From Candidatus Latescibacterota bacterium (GTDB lineage Bacteria > Latescibacterota > UBA2968 > UBA8231), in assembly GCA_965217585.1 (NCBI GenBank), contig OZ244561.1, positions 1,137,424-1,201,423 of the forward strand: a stretch of 64,000 nt of DNA, read 5' to 3'. Shown one piece after another: positions 44,509 to 53,399 of the stretch. Numbering within the stretch: the first letter of the stretch is position 1; the number at the start of each line of letters is the position of its first letter. The translations under genes were made by a program, and so were the position numbers. The notes under the pieces are model-generated. The model saw nothing but the letters and a program-made list of their open reading frames with translations. It made no database searches and was not told the origin of the DNA.

Positions 44509-47154
44509 CTAAAACATGAATCCGCCGCGCAGGTATATGCCGGTCAAATCCTCGCCCTCCATCATCGCCGCGCTCAACGTCGCCCGACGCTTGAGAAACG
44601 AGATCCAAAGCCCGCCGCCGCTGCCAATGTGCCAGCCATCGGCCTCCTCCGAGTCGGCGTCGAAGAATACCCGCCCCGCATCGACGGCGGCGAATGCGCC
44701 AAGTTCACCCGGAGACGGGAACCGGATTCGAGTCAGCCGCACCCGGAACTCACCGTTCCCGTAGAGGGCGGACTCGCCAGCGAAGCGGTCCTCGCGGAAG
44801 CCCCGCAGGTTGTCGGGGCCGCCGACCGCGGCGGCTTCGTGGAACGGAAACGCGCCGCGGATGGTTTTGCCGCCCACGCGCAGGGCGAGAGTGGGCAGAG
44901 TGGGAACGTTGGCTGACAGGTACGCAGATGCGTCGCCGGCAACGTAGCCGAAGGTCGATTCGACGTCCCACAGCTTTGGGTAGAGTTCGCCGCTGAGCCT
45001 GAACCGCACGCCCCGCCGGGCATGGCCCGAATTGTCTCGGGCATCGTAAACGAGTTCCCCGCCGACGCCGATCTGCCCGAAGGCCTCCGTCCCGTACAGG
45101 GGCGTCTCATAGGTGGCGATGAACTTCCCCTTGTTGTCGTGCAAAGGGGTGTCGGTAAACTTGACGAGCGGCCCGCCGGTCAGAGTCCACATCCCCTGCG
45201 ACCGATCAGAGACCCAAAGGAGCGTGGGCGCGAAGAGGAACTGCGCCTGCTCCACCTCGTAGAACGACTCGGCACGCAGGATCTCAACGTCGTTTCCGAA
45301 GCCGTTGAAGCGAATCACGTTGAAGCTGGAGTATTCCATCTGAAGCAGACCGTCTAGGTCCCGCAGTAGATGCCGGAACTTCCCAGAATAGGCAACAAGG
45401 GGTTTGGTTCTCGCGCTAGCGGTGACTCCGAGGTCGAACGAGTGTTGCGACGCATACGGCTTCTTCCGATAGCCATGGTATATCCGGGTGTAGAACAGCC
45501 CGGCGTAGGCACCGAGGTCTGGGCTGTAGCTGACGATCGGCAGCGAAACCGTCTCCCAGCCCCAGTCGATGACGTACCTGTCCGTAACCGCCCTCGAGGG
45601 AGCCGGCCGCTTGTACGGCCGCTCGTCGATCAGGGCCTTGTGCGCGTCGAAGCGGTTCTCACCGCGAGCGTCGTAGAATCGCGTCATCCACCGTCCAGCC
45701 CGCGACCGGTTCGCGTAGGTATCGCCGCCGCTGCCGCCATCGACGCGGGCCCTGATCTTAGCCCGCTCTCCGAGGAGGACGATCTCATCGTCCCCGCCGT
45801 GTAGGTAGATCCTGACTTCCTTTGTCTCATGGGGATACAGGGTGCGGCGGAAGTACGGGGCGCTCTGCGTCCCCGCCAAGCGGATGCGAACCTCTAACTC
45901 GCCGTTCTCTCGATGTTCCAATTCGAGGTACTCGTCCTCGTCCGTCCCCTTGATCTCAACCTCTCTGCTAATAAACTCGTAGTACCGTGCTGCGAACTCG
46001 CCGAGATGGTCGCGGCGCGTCTTCAGCGCCCGGGTGAGGAAATCCCCCACCTGCTCGTAGTACGGGTCCGGCAATCGCCGGACGGCGTCCTCAATCACCG
46101 GGTCCGGCAGTTCGGCCTGCACCGTGGTGGCCACGGAGTCCCACGCGCTCCACTCCAACTCGGCCAGTAGCTCGCGGTCGAGTTCCCAGCCGTTGCGGGG
46201 GAGTCCTCGGTGGTCCGGGTACTGCTCTTGAAAGCGGACGTATTTGGGCTCGATCCAGCGCACCAGCTTCATGAGTAGGCCGTCGAAATCGATGAAGGCT
46301 TGGTCCCGGTCTTCGGGGATGGGTAACCACGTGTAGCAGTCTCCGACCGGAAATCGCGCCCAGCGCCATTGGCCCGAGTGCCGATCCTTGTCGCCGACGA
46401 GAAAATCGACGAGTCGCGCCTTGAGATAAGCGCGCGCATCAACTCGTTCGCAGGGCGTCTTTTCGAGGCGCTTGTATAGCTTGTCCGTGCCGCTCACCTT
46501 GCGGGATCCGGCAAATCCCGGCTCATCGTCGGCCGCTTCGGACGGATGTTCCTGCAAGGTGCCGATCAGCCCGGCAAACTCTTGGCGATACTCTCCCAAC
46601 CGCGGATCGTCGGGGATTACTACCAGCCGGTGCGACGCGTGCAGTATGCCCGTTGCTTCCATCAGCGCATCCACCACCAGCCCCCCCGTCGGCAGCAGGG
46701 CACTCATGAGATCTTGAATCACATCCTCGACGACGGTATCCTTGAGTTCCTCCATCAGCCGCTTGGATGGATCCTTGTCGAGGGAGCGCACCGTGTAACG
46801 GCGGCCGTCCTGGCCCACAAAATGCAGCGAAATGGACTGGCCAAAGCCGCCCGTGCGCATGGGCGACAATCCGCCGCCCACCGCATCGAGATCGAGGATC
46901 GGCACCTCGATCGGCGTCGTCCAGATCTGGCGATAGTTGCTACCGTAGATCCACCGCTGCAAACGACCTGCTTTGAATCGCTCACCCGGTACCACCACGT
47001 GCATCGTGTCGCCCTTCTCCGGGATAGAGCGATGAATTAGCTGGCCGGCCTTTGCCACTACCGCATCAGCACCCCCAAGATGCAGGGCAGCAACAAGCAG
47101 CGCCGTCGCCCGGCGACGTAGCCAAGGACTGCTCAGATGCTCGTTTCGGTTCAT
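44509..47154 (-). CDS. ~880-aa protein: atypical-kinase-like N-domain plus Omp85-like C-terminal barrel (copy B)
   Basis: Full-length paralogue of 38136..40847 (TGGFGQSISLHFVGQDGRRYTVRSLDKD; VDFLVGDKDRHSGQWRW; WLPIPEDRDQAFIDFDG; C-terminus ...IYLRGGFMF). ATG 47154 is preceded by GGAGGG. Confidence 0.8.
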   Translation of the reverse strand: MNRNEHLSSPWLRRRATALLVAALHLGGADAVVAKAGQLIHRSIPEKGDTMHVVVPGERFKAGRLQRWIYGSNYRQIWTTPIEVPILDLDAVGGGLSPMRTGGFGQSISLHFVGQDGRRYTVRSLDKDPSKRLMEELKDTVVEDVIQDLMSALLPTGGLVVDALMEATGILHASHRLVVIPDDPRLGEYRQEFAGLIGTLQEHPSEAADDEPGFAGSRKVSGTDKLYKRLEKTPCERVDARAYLKARLVDFLVGDKDRHSGQWRWARFPVGDCYTWLPIPEDRDQAFIDFDGLLMKLVRWIEPKYVRFQEQYPDHRGLPRNGWELDRELLAELEWSAWDSVATTVQAELPDPVIEDAVRRLPDPYYEQVGDFLTRALKTRRDHLGEFAARYYEFISREVEIKGTDEDEYLELEHRENGELEVRIRLAGTQSAPYFRRTLYPHETKEVRIYLHGGDDEIVLLGERAKIRARVDGGSGGDTYANRSRAGRWMTRFYDARGENRFDAHKALIDERPYKRPAPSRAVTDRYVIDWGWETVSLPIVSYSPDLGAYAGLFYTRIYHGYRKKPYASQHSFDLGVTASARTKPLVAYSGKFRHLLRDLDGLLQMEYSSFNVIRFNGFGNDVEILRAESFYEVEQAQFLFAPTLLWVSDRSQGMWTLTGGPLVKFTDTPLHDNKGKFIATYETPLYGTEAFGQIGVGGELVYDARDNSGHARRGVRFRLSGELYPKLWDVESTFGYVAGDASAYLSANVPTLPTLALRVGGKTIRGAFPFHEAAAVGGPDNLRGFREDRFAGESALYGNGEFRVRLTRIRFPSPGELGAFAAVDAGRVFFDADSEEADGWHIGSGGGLWISFLKRRATLSAAMMEGEDLTGIYLRGGFMF

Positions 47155-47211
47155 CTCTTTATCACCCTCCATGGCTAAACAACGGACAGCAAAGTACGGG
47201 ATAGATAGCTC

Positions 47212-48570
47212 CTATTCAAACGCTTTCTCCAAGGCCGCTGGAAACACGTGTATTTGATTTGCATACGCCTCGCGCAACTCGGCCAATAGCACATCCATGG
47301 CCTCGGTTTCGGCCTGTTGTCTCAGGACCGTGCGAATGCTCTCCCGCACAAAAGCAAAATCCGCTACCTGGCCGGCGGCGCGGGTAAACTGGTCGAGGTG
47401 CTGGTCGTAAAAGGCCCGCACGGCCTCGTCGCCGATTTCTCCGACCTGTGCGGCCTCGGCTTGGTAGAGCCGCTTGACCAACAAGGCGTCTCGTTCCCTT
47501 GCGACGCTGGCGCGGATATCCGCATCGTCGTCAATCCCCAGTTTGCGGGCTTCCGCTACCATGATCTGCTTGCCAGCGAGGTTATCTACGGCCTTGTACA
47601 GGCGCGCACTGTCGAGTTCGGCCGGATGCGGCGCGCGGCCCTGCTCGACTAAGGCGAGGTACTCCCGCGCCATGAGCTGGCCACCGCGCCAAGTGAGCAG
47701 CGGCGCGTCCCCTTCATCCCACCGAGTCGATTGCTGCGGAACGGCGAGCAACTCGGCAAAAACCTCCGCGTCCAGCGCGAGCTGATACCGCTGGCGCAGA
47801 GTGCCGACGTAGCGCTCCATATCGTCGGCCCGGCTCTGCACGCGGACCTTTTTCTCCACCCACTCGCGGACCGCGGCAAAATCGACGGGGCGTCGTTCCC
47901 CAAGCCTGAAGACGTGGTAGCCACTCGCGGTCTGCACGGGGTCGGGATACACGCTGCCGACGGGCATGGTAGCGAGCGGCACCTTCAGCCCCTCGTACAC
48001 CTCGCCGATCTTGAACCAGCCGACCCAACCGCCGGGGCCAAAGCGCTGCTGGATGTTCTGCAGAGAATAGGGCCGCACCAGCGACTCAAAAGGCGTCCCT
48101 TCGCCAAGCAGCTCGAGGACGAGGCGGGCCTCTTCTTCGGTGGCGCAGACAATGTGCTGACTGAGCACTTCTACGTCGTACTGCTGTTGGGCAAAGAACG
48201 CCCGCAGGTCCGCGTCCGAAAACGAATACGACGCCTGTACGGCCTCTAGCTCGTAGAGCTTGTTCATCAGCGCCTTGCGCTCGCTCTTGGCCACGGCTTG
48301 GGCGATGTCCGGGTCGCGGTCGTACCCGCGCCGGAGGGCCTCGGCAATGAGCAATTCCCGCGCGATGACGCCATCGAGCAGTTCCTGCTTGCCCTGCTGA
48401 TTCAGCTCCTCGACGTGGCTGTAGCCGGTCTCCCGCAGCTTTTGCGCCATCGCCTCAAACTGCCGCACCGAAACGACCTTGTCGCCGATGTGCAGAACCG
48501 TCTCTTCCGCGCCTAGAGCCGCGCTGCCCAAGACGAGGAATGCTAAGGTGCTAACTAGCGAATATTTCAC
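47212..48570 (-). CDS. SurA/PrsA-like parvulin-type peptidyl-prolyl isomerase
   Basis: GTG 48570 (RBS AAGGAAG) gives signal peptide VKYSLVSTLAFLVLGSAALGA. The parvulin core is VLSQHIVCATEEEA...GGWVGWFKIGE...TASGYHVFRLGERR. Confidence 0.8.
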   Translation of the reverse strand: MKYSLVSTLAFLVLGSAALGAEETVLHIGDKVVSVRQFEAMAQKLRETGYSHVEELNQQGKQELLDGVIARELLIAEALRRGYDRDPDIAQAVAKSERKALMNKLYELEAVQASYSFSDADLRAFFAQQQYDVEVLSQHIVCATEEEARLVLELLGEGTPFESLVRPYSLQNIQQRFGPGGWVGWFKIGEVYEGLKVPLATMPVGSVYPDPVQTASGYHVFRLGERRPVDFAAVREWVEKKVRVQSRADDMERYVGTLRQRYQLALDAEVFAELLAVPQQSTRWDEGDAPLLTWRGGQLMAREYLALVEQGRAPHPAELDSARLYKAVDNLAGKQIMVAEARKLGIDDDADIRASVARERDALLVKRLYQAEAAQVGEIGDEAVRAFYDQHLDQFTRAAGQVADFAFVRESIRTVLRQQAETEAMDVLLAELREAYANQIHVFPAALEKAFE

Positions 48571-48819
48571 TGTCCCTACTTCCTTTTTTGGCTTACTTCC
48601 CGAATCACAATGCATTGATCGGCTTCCACGTCCACCAATGTTTGCACGCGCCGCTGGGTCAATCTGCGTGTGATCACCTAAACCGAGCATCAGGGACACG
48701 TCGCTGGACCCCATGTAGCCGTAGCTGCAGCGGATCTCCCGCGTCTGCACCAAGTAGCCAGCCACGGCGCGGACACTCTCGATCAACAGCGCCGGCCCAC
48801 AGCGGCAAGGTGCGCGGCA

Positions 48820-50007
48820 TCAGCGGCCAGCCTGCGCGGCGATTTGCTCGGCGGCCGCGAGGTTGCGGCGGAGCTTGGGGTGGTCGGGCTGGTGGCGCAA
48901 GCCGTGGCGGAAGGAGGCAATGGCGCGTTCGTACTGCTTGCGCAACATTTGGACATTTCCCAAACCCAAGTGCGCGAGGGCGTACGTGGAATCGGCCTGC
49001 AATGCTTGGCGAAACCTCTGCTCGGCCGCATCCAGTTCCCCACGGCGGAAGTGGATGTTGCCGAGGTTGTGGTGCGCGGGCGCGAAAGCAGGGTCGCGGT
49101 CGAGTGCTTGGAGGTAGCGAATGCGCGCTTCTCGCTGCTGGCCGCGCTGTCCGTACACAACGGCCAAGTCGTGGTAGGCCCCGGCGTCGTCTGGATGCGT
49201 CGCCAAGGTGTTTTTCAGCATGGCGATCCGGTCTTCCTCCTCGTCGAGCCGCTTGTACAGCGCGAGCTGGCGTCGCCCCGCTTCCTTCTGTCCAGAGCGC
49301 AGCAAGGTGTTGCCGAGGTTGAAGCGGGCTTGGGCAAACAGCGAATCTAGCTGCACGGCGCGGCGGAATTGGGCCATGGCGGGGCCGTAGTCGCGCCGGA
49401 GGTAATAACTGCGCCCCAAGCCATTGCGAAATTGGGCCGAAGTCGTGTCCGCAGCTACGGCGCTACTAAAGGCTTGCTCGGCGGCCGCATAGTCGTTTTG
49501 CTTGAGATAGGCTTCGCCGAGGTTGAACCACGCCTCCCCGTACCTAAGCACGGCGGCAATCGCCCGCTGATAGGCGGCAATCGCGGCTGGGTAGCGTCCC
49601 TCGCGGGCATGTAGCAACCCCAGCACCATGTGCGCCCGGGCGCGGTCGGGCTGCTCCCGCACCGTCTGTTCGAGCAAGGCCAAGGCATCGTCGTAGCGGT
49701 CGAGGCGCGTCAGCAGGATCGCCAACTCGGTCCGCGTCTTGGCGTGGCTCGGCGCTAGGGCAATGGCCTGCTCGTACGCGCGAACGGCCGCGGGCAGGGC
49801 CTCATTTCTCGCATGCGCCTCGGCCAACTTGCGGTAGAGCACCGCCGATGTTGCGTTCTGGTCAACGGCGCGTTGGTAGTGGGCGGCGGCTTCTCCGTAG
49901 TGGCCAGCGCGCATCGAGCGGTCGCCGTGTACTTCGTGTGCCGGGTCGGGTGCTTCCGCACAGCCGACAATCGCCAGCAGGAGCAGAGAGGGTCTGTACC
50001 AAGACAT
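48820..50007 (-). CDS. TPR-repeat lipoprotein
   Basis: ATG 50007 gives MSWYRPSLLLLAIVGC (lipobox). Multiple 34-residue TPR units (AxxYxxAlxxdP pattern). Confidence 0.8.
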   Translation of the reverse strand: MSWYRPSLLLLAIVGCAEAPDPAHEVHGDRSMRAGHYGEAAAHYQRAVDQNATSAVLYRKLAEAHARNEALPAAVRAYEQAIALAPSHAKTRTELAILLTRLDRYDDALALLEQTVREQPDRARAHMVLGLLHAREGRYPAAIAAYQRAIAAVLRYGEAWFNLGEAYLKQNDYAAAEQAFSSAVAADTTSAQFRNGLGRSYYLRRDYGPAMAQFRRAVQLDSLFAQARFNLGNTLLRSGQKEAGRRQLALYKRLDEEEDRIAMLKNTLATHPDDAGAYHDLAVVYGQRGQQREARIRYLQALDRDPAFAPAHHNLGNIHFRRGELDAAEQRFRQALQADSTYALAHLGLGNVQMLRKQYERAIASFRHGLRHQPDHPKLRRNLAAAEQIAAQAGR

Positions 50008-50025
50008 GTAAAAAGTATAGACCGC

Positions 50026-50055
50026 GTAGGGGGCGGTTTGCAAACCGCCCCCTAC
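50026..50055. repeat. REP-like GC-rich palindrome (GTAGGGG...CCCCTAC family)
   Basis: The sequence gtagggggcggtttgcaaaccgccccctac is a perfect 30-nt palindrome. It lies between divergent gene starts, so it is not acting as a terminator. Confidence 0.6.
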
Positions 50056-50115
50056 CTTACAACAAACCAATCCCTACCCTTCACAACAAACCACCTCTAC
50101 CCACAGGATCAATTC

Positions 50116-51405
50116 ATGAAACGCAGAGCATTCTTCAAAGGAATCGCCGCAGCCGCAGCCGCAGCCCCGCTCCTTCCCGACGTGGCCGCCGGACTTACCG
50201 AGCGACTCGGCACCCTCGGCCAAGACGTAGCGGCCGCCAGCAACGAGCGCGCCCTGTGGCAGCGGCTGCGGCGAGAGTTTCGTCTGCACCCAGGGCTAGT
50301 GCATCTCAACTGCGGCAGTATTGGGGCGACGCCTCGCGTGGTAACTGACGCCCTGACCTCATACCTCGCCGAACTGGAGGGCAATCCACTGGCCAACACC
50401 TGGGGCGGCCTCGGCAGCGAGATGGAAACAGTGCGGGCCAAGGGGGCGGAGTTCATCGGGGCCGAGCTAGACGAAATCGCGCTGACGCGCAATACAACCG
50501 AAGGCATGAACCACGTAGCCAGCGGCCTCGACCTCCAGCCGGGCGACGAGGTGCTGACGACAAATCACGAGCACGGCGGCGGCATGGTCTGCTGGCAGCA
50601 CTTGGCGCGCACTCGCGGCGTCGTAGTTCGCTACATCAAAATGCCCAATCCCGTGCGCGATGCCGCCGAGATCCTGCAACTAGTAGAGGATCACCTAACG
50701 CCGCGCACCCGCGTGTGCAGCTTCTGTCACATCGATACCATCACCGGACTGCAAATGCCACTAACAGCCATCGCCGCCCTCACCCAACCCCGCGACATCC
50801 TGCTGGTCTGCGACGGCGCGCAGGCCCCGGGCATGATCGACGTCGACGTCAAAGCCCTCGGCGTAGACACCTATGCCTCCAGCAGCCACAAGTGGATGCT
50901 CGCTCCCAAGGGCACGGGACTGCTCTACATCCGCAGGGAAGTGCAAGATCGCGTCCGGCCCGTGTTCACCTATTCCGGTTACAACGCCTATTCCGCCTCG
51001 TCCGGCACCCGCAACGTGCCGCAGATCGTCGCACACGGGGTGGCGATGGAATTCCACAACACCATCGGCCGCCCGCGCATCGAAGCGCGCTGCCGCCAGC
51101 TCTGCGCCTACGCGCGCCAGCGCCTAGCGGAAATCCCCCAACTCACACCGATCACCCCACCCCAGCACGAGCTGTCCTCGGGCATCGCCAGCTTCTCGCT
51201 CACCAGCGGCAGCCACAGCGAAGTCGTCGCCGCGCTGCAAAAGCGCGACATCTTCCTCAAACCAGCACAGGGCACGTACGCCTACGTGGAGGACGCCGGC
51301 GTGCCAAAGGAAAACTACAACGCCATCCGCATCTCCACGCACATCTTCAACGACGAGACCGACATCGACCGCGCTGTCGAGGCGTTGCAGCAAGTCCTCG
51401 GCTGA
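50116..51405 (+). CDS. Class-V aminotransferase-fold PLP enzyme (cysteine desulfurase / isopenicillin-N-epimerase-like) with a Tat signal
   Basis: The N-terminus MKRRAFFKGIAAAAAAAPLL has a twin-arginine motif. The PLP-lysine region is SSHKWMLAPKGTGLLY. Confidence 0.85.
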   Translation: MKRRAFFKGIAAAAAAAPLLPDVAAGLTERLGTLGQDVAAASNERALWQRLRREFRLHPGLVHLNCGSIGATPRVVTDALTSYLAELEGNPLANTWGGLGSEMETVRAKGAEFIGAELDEIALTRNTTEGMNHVASGLDLQPGDEVLTTNHEHGGGMVCWQHLARTRGVVVRYIKMPNPVRDAAEILQLVEDHLTPRTRVCSFCHIDTITGLQMPLTAIAALTQPRDILLVCDGAQAPGMIDVDVKALGVDTYASSSHKWMLAPKGTGLLYIRREVQDRVRPVFTYSGYNAYSASSGTRNVPQIVAHGVAMEFHNTIGRPRIEARCRQLCAYARQRLAEIPQLTPITPPQHELSSGIASFSLTSGSHSEVVAALQKRDIFLKPAQGTYAYVEDAGVPKENYNAIRISTHIFNDETDIDRAVEALQQVLG

Positions 51406-51436
51406 TAGACCCACCCCTCTTTGACCTTCCTTCCCC

Positions 51437-51464
51437 GTAGGGGCGACCGGCCGGTCGCCCCTAC
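51437..51464. repeat. REP-like GC-rich palindrome, near-identical to 25436..25463
   Basis: The sequence gtaggggcgaccggccggtcgcccctac differs by 1 nt from the 25436 copy. It lies 32 nt after the stop of 50116..51405. Confidence 0.65.
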
Positions 51465-51550
51465 GTCTTTGAACGAAATGGCGACCTAATCCGTATAAAT
51501 AGATGTGAACAATCTCAGGGCCGCAGGCTAAAACTCGTCTGGATTCTCCT

Positions 51551-52078
51551 ATGGGCTGGAGCGACGAAGCATTGATGGAAAACCTCCGCCGAGGAGATAT
51601 GCAGGCGTTTGACGAACTCTACACGCGCCATCGCCAGCCCCTTTTCAATTTTATCTTGCGGCTCTTGCAGGACGCGGCCTTGGCAGAAGATGTGTTTCAG
51701 GAGACCTACATGCGCGTATTGGAAAACGCCGACCGCTTCAAGCCTCGGGGCAAATTTTCGACCTATCTCTATACCATAGCCCACAACCTGTGCATGGACG
51801 AACTGCGCCGCCAAAGCACGAGCATTCCAGCCGAGCAAATGGCCGTGCCATCAGCTCGTAGCCCCCACGACCATCTGCTCAAGCGAGAAGACGAAGAAGC
51901 CGCACACCAACTGCTCGCGGCCCTGCAACCCCACTTGCGCGCCATAGTCGTCCTCCGCGTCCTACACGATTACTCGCAGGAAGAGACCGCGAAAATCGTC
52001 GGCGTACCCGTCGGAACCGTCAAAAGCCGTTTGCACCACGCCCTAAAACAATTGCGCCAAATGGCACCGAACCCATGA
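51551..52078 (+). CDS. ECF-type RNA polymerase sigma-70 factor
   Basis: Region 2 is DVFQETYMRVLEN...YLYTIAHNLCMDELRR. Region 4 is YSQEETAKIVGVPVGTVKSRLHHALKQLR. Confidence 0.9.
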   Translation: MGWSDEALMENLRRGDMQAFDELYTRHRQPLFNFILRLLQDAALAEDVFQETYMRVLENADRFKPRGKFSTYLYTIAHNLCMDELRRQSTSIPAEQMAVPSARSPHDHLLKREDEEAAHQLLAALQPHLRAIVVLRVLHDYSQEETAKIVGVPVGTVKSRLHHALKQLRQMAPNP

Positions 52079-52425
52079 ACCAAGACCGCCGCACCATACA
52101 AGAGATTCGAGCGCTGTTGGGCTCTGTACCCGAAGTGCAGCTGCCGCCTAGACTAGACGAGGAAGTGCGGTCTAAAGCCGTGAGTTGGGCCAGAAAAAGG
52201 CGGGCCGAGGAAGCGCGACTCCACATCCCCCTTTACGGTAAAATCGCCCTAGGACTAGTCGCCTTGGAATTGTTCGCCCTGCTCTACGCCGTAGGCCCAA
52301 GGCTCGACATTGACCAGATCATACGAGCCTCTGTCCTCGGCTTAGTCGGCTTGAACATCGCCGCGCTGTTGACGAGCCCGATTATTCTTTTACACCGCCA
52401 AAGAAGGGAGCTATCCCATGAATGA
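52075..52425 (+). CDS. Putative membrane anti-sigma factor
   Basis: ATGA overlap with the sigma-factor gene. Short cytoplasmic N-terminus followed by two TM helices. No ZAS motif seen. Confidence 0.5.
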   Translation: MNQDRRTIQEIRALLGSVPEVQLPPRLDEEVRSKAVSWARKRRAEEARLHIPLYGKIALGLVALELFALLYAVGPRLDIDQIIRASVLGLVGLNIAALLTSPIILLHRQRRELSHE

Positions 52426-53329
52426 ACGCCTGAAAGATACTCTGCATCGATGGCTGCCCAAGCTGACCATCTTGAGCGTGCTGGTTCTTCTCACATCTTC
52501 CCTGATCAACGAATACTACGTGGATCCAAGGTACGACGCCGCTGCAAAAGAAGATCTCGACAAACGGCACCAGCACCTTCAGGAATACAAGGAGAAAAAG
52601 GAGGCAAAGGCAGTCGCGCTTAAAGCCGCCCTAGAGCGGATCGTGGGCCTCATAGATACACTCGACGGTAACGTGCAGACTCAAGAGACTCTGAGTAAAG
52701 CAGTGGCCCAAGAAGAAGCCATCGGCGAGGTGTGGGTGACCAATGCCCAGGGCCTCATTGTGTATTACGGCCGGCATATCCCCCCGGTGCGCAATGTCGC
52801 AGATTTTCCCCTTGGGTCCCTGACTAAGATATTGAATATGGTCCCCGAAGATGTGATTTCACCCATACAGCGGACCGCTATCCTATTGCCTACGATAATC
52901 GGGGGTCATTGGTCTAGGGTCTCGCCTTCATTTTCCTCTTTAAGTGTCGGCATCGACATGATCCCAAAGCACCTAATCATTTCAACGGAAGAACCCATTT
53001 CAAGATACGGCGGTGAGCTTGTAGAAATGAACCGCGTCAAGGATGGCTTAATCGCCGCGACGGTCTCGCGGTCGCAGTATAACCCTCCGCTTCAGGAGAG
53101 AAGCGAGGAAAGCGAAAGACTCAGTCTTTTGCTCAATACGACCGGAATTGCGGCCCTAGCCGGCTTTATCCTCTTCTGGCTCTCCATCCCTGCGTGGATG
53201 GCCTTGGACGCCCAAAAGAGACGGGAAAGAGCCACGGTTTGGGGCATCTTCGGTCTCTTGGGCAATATGATCGCCTTGGTCGTCTATTTGCTAGTGCGCG
53301 AAGATGAGCCGCCGTCTGAAAATTCCTAG
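52418..53329 (+). CDS. Membrane protein of unknown function with a PLDc_N-like C-terminal TM pair
   Basis: 8-nt overlap with the upstream gene. N-terminal TM helix. C-terminal ...WGIFGLLGNMIALVVYLLVRE. Confidence 0.6.
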   Translation: MNERLKDTLHRWLPKLTILSVLVLLTSSLINEYYVDPRYDAAAKEDLDKRHQHLQEYKEKKEAKAVALKAALERIVGLIDTLDGNVQTQETLSKAVAQEEAIGEVWVTNAQGLIVYYGRHIPPVRNVADFPLGSLTKILNMVPEDVISPIQRTAILLPTIIGGHWSRVSPSFSSLSVGIDMIPKHLIISTEEPISRYGGELVEMNRVKDGLIAATVSRSQYNPPLQERSEESERLSLLLNTTGIAALAGFILFWLSIPAWMALDAQKRRERATVWGIFGLLGNMIALVVYLLVREDEPPSENS

Positions 53330-53399
53330 CGAGCCAACGCGGCAGTCACCAAGAATTTGTCACGCCTAAAGGCGCGGTGAAGCAGACGGCTGCTAAGCC

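Noticed and set aside
48571-48786. 72-codon N-terminal extension of the SurA-like ORF (track start 48786).
   Set aside because: An internal GTG at 48570 with an AAGGAAG RBS yields a classical signal peptide. The extension lacks one. It might be a relic of another gene, but I could not identify it.
48588-49322. 244-aa plus-strand ORF across the TPR-lipoprotein gene.
   Set aside because: Arg/Gly/Ala/Pro-rich shadow ORF. The minus-strand TPR frame has clear repeat structure and a lipobox.
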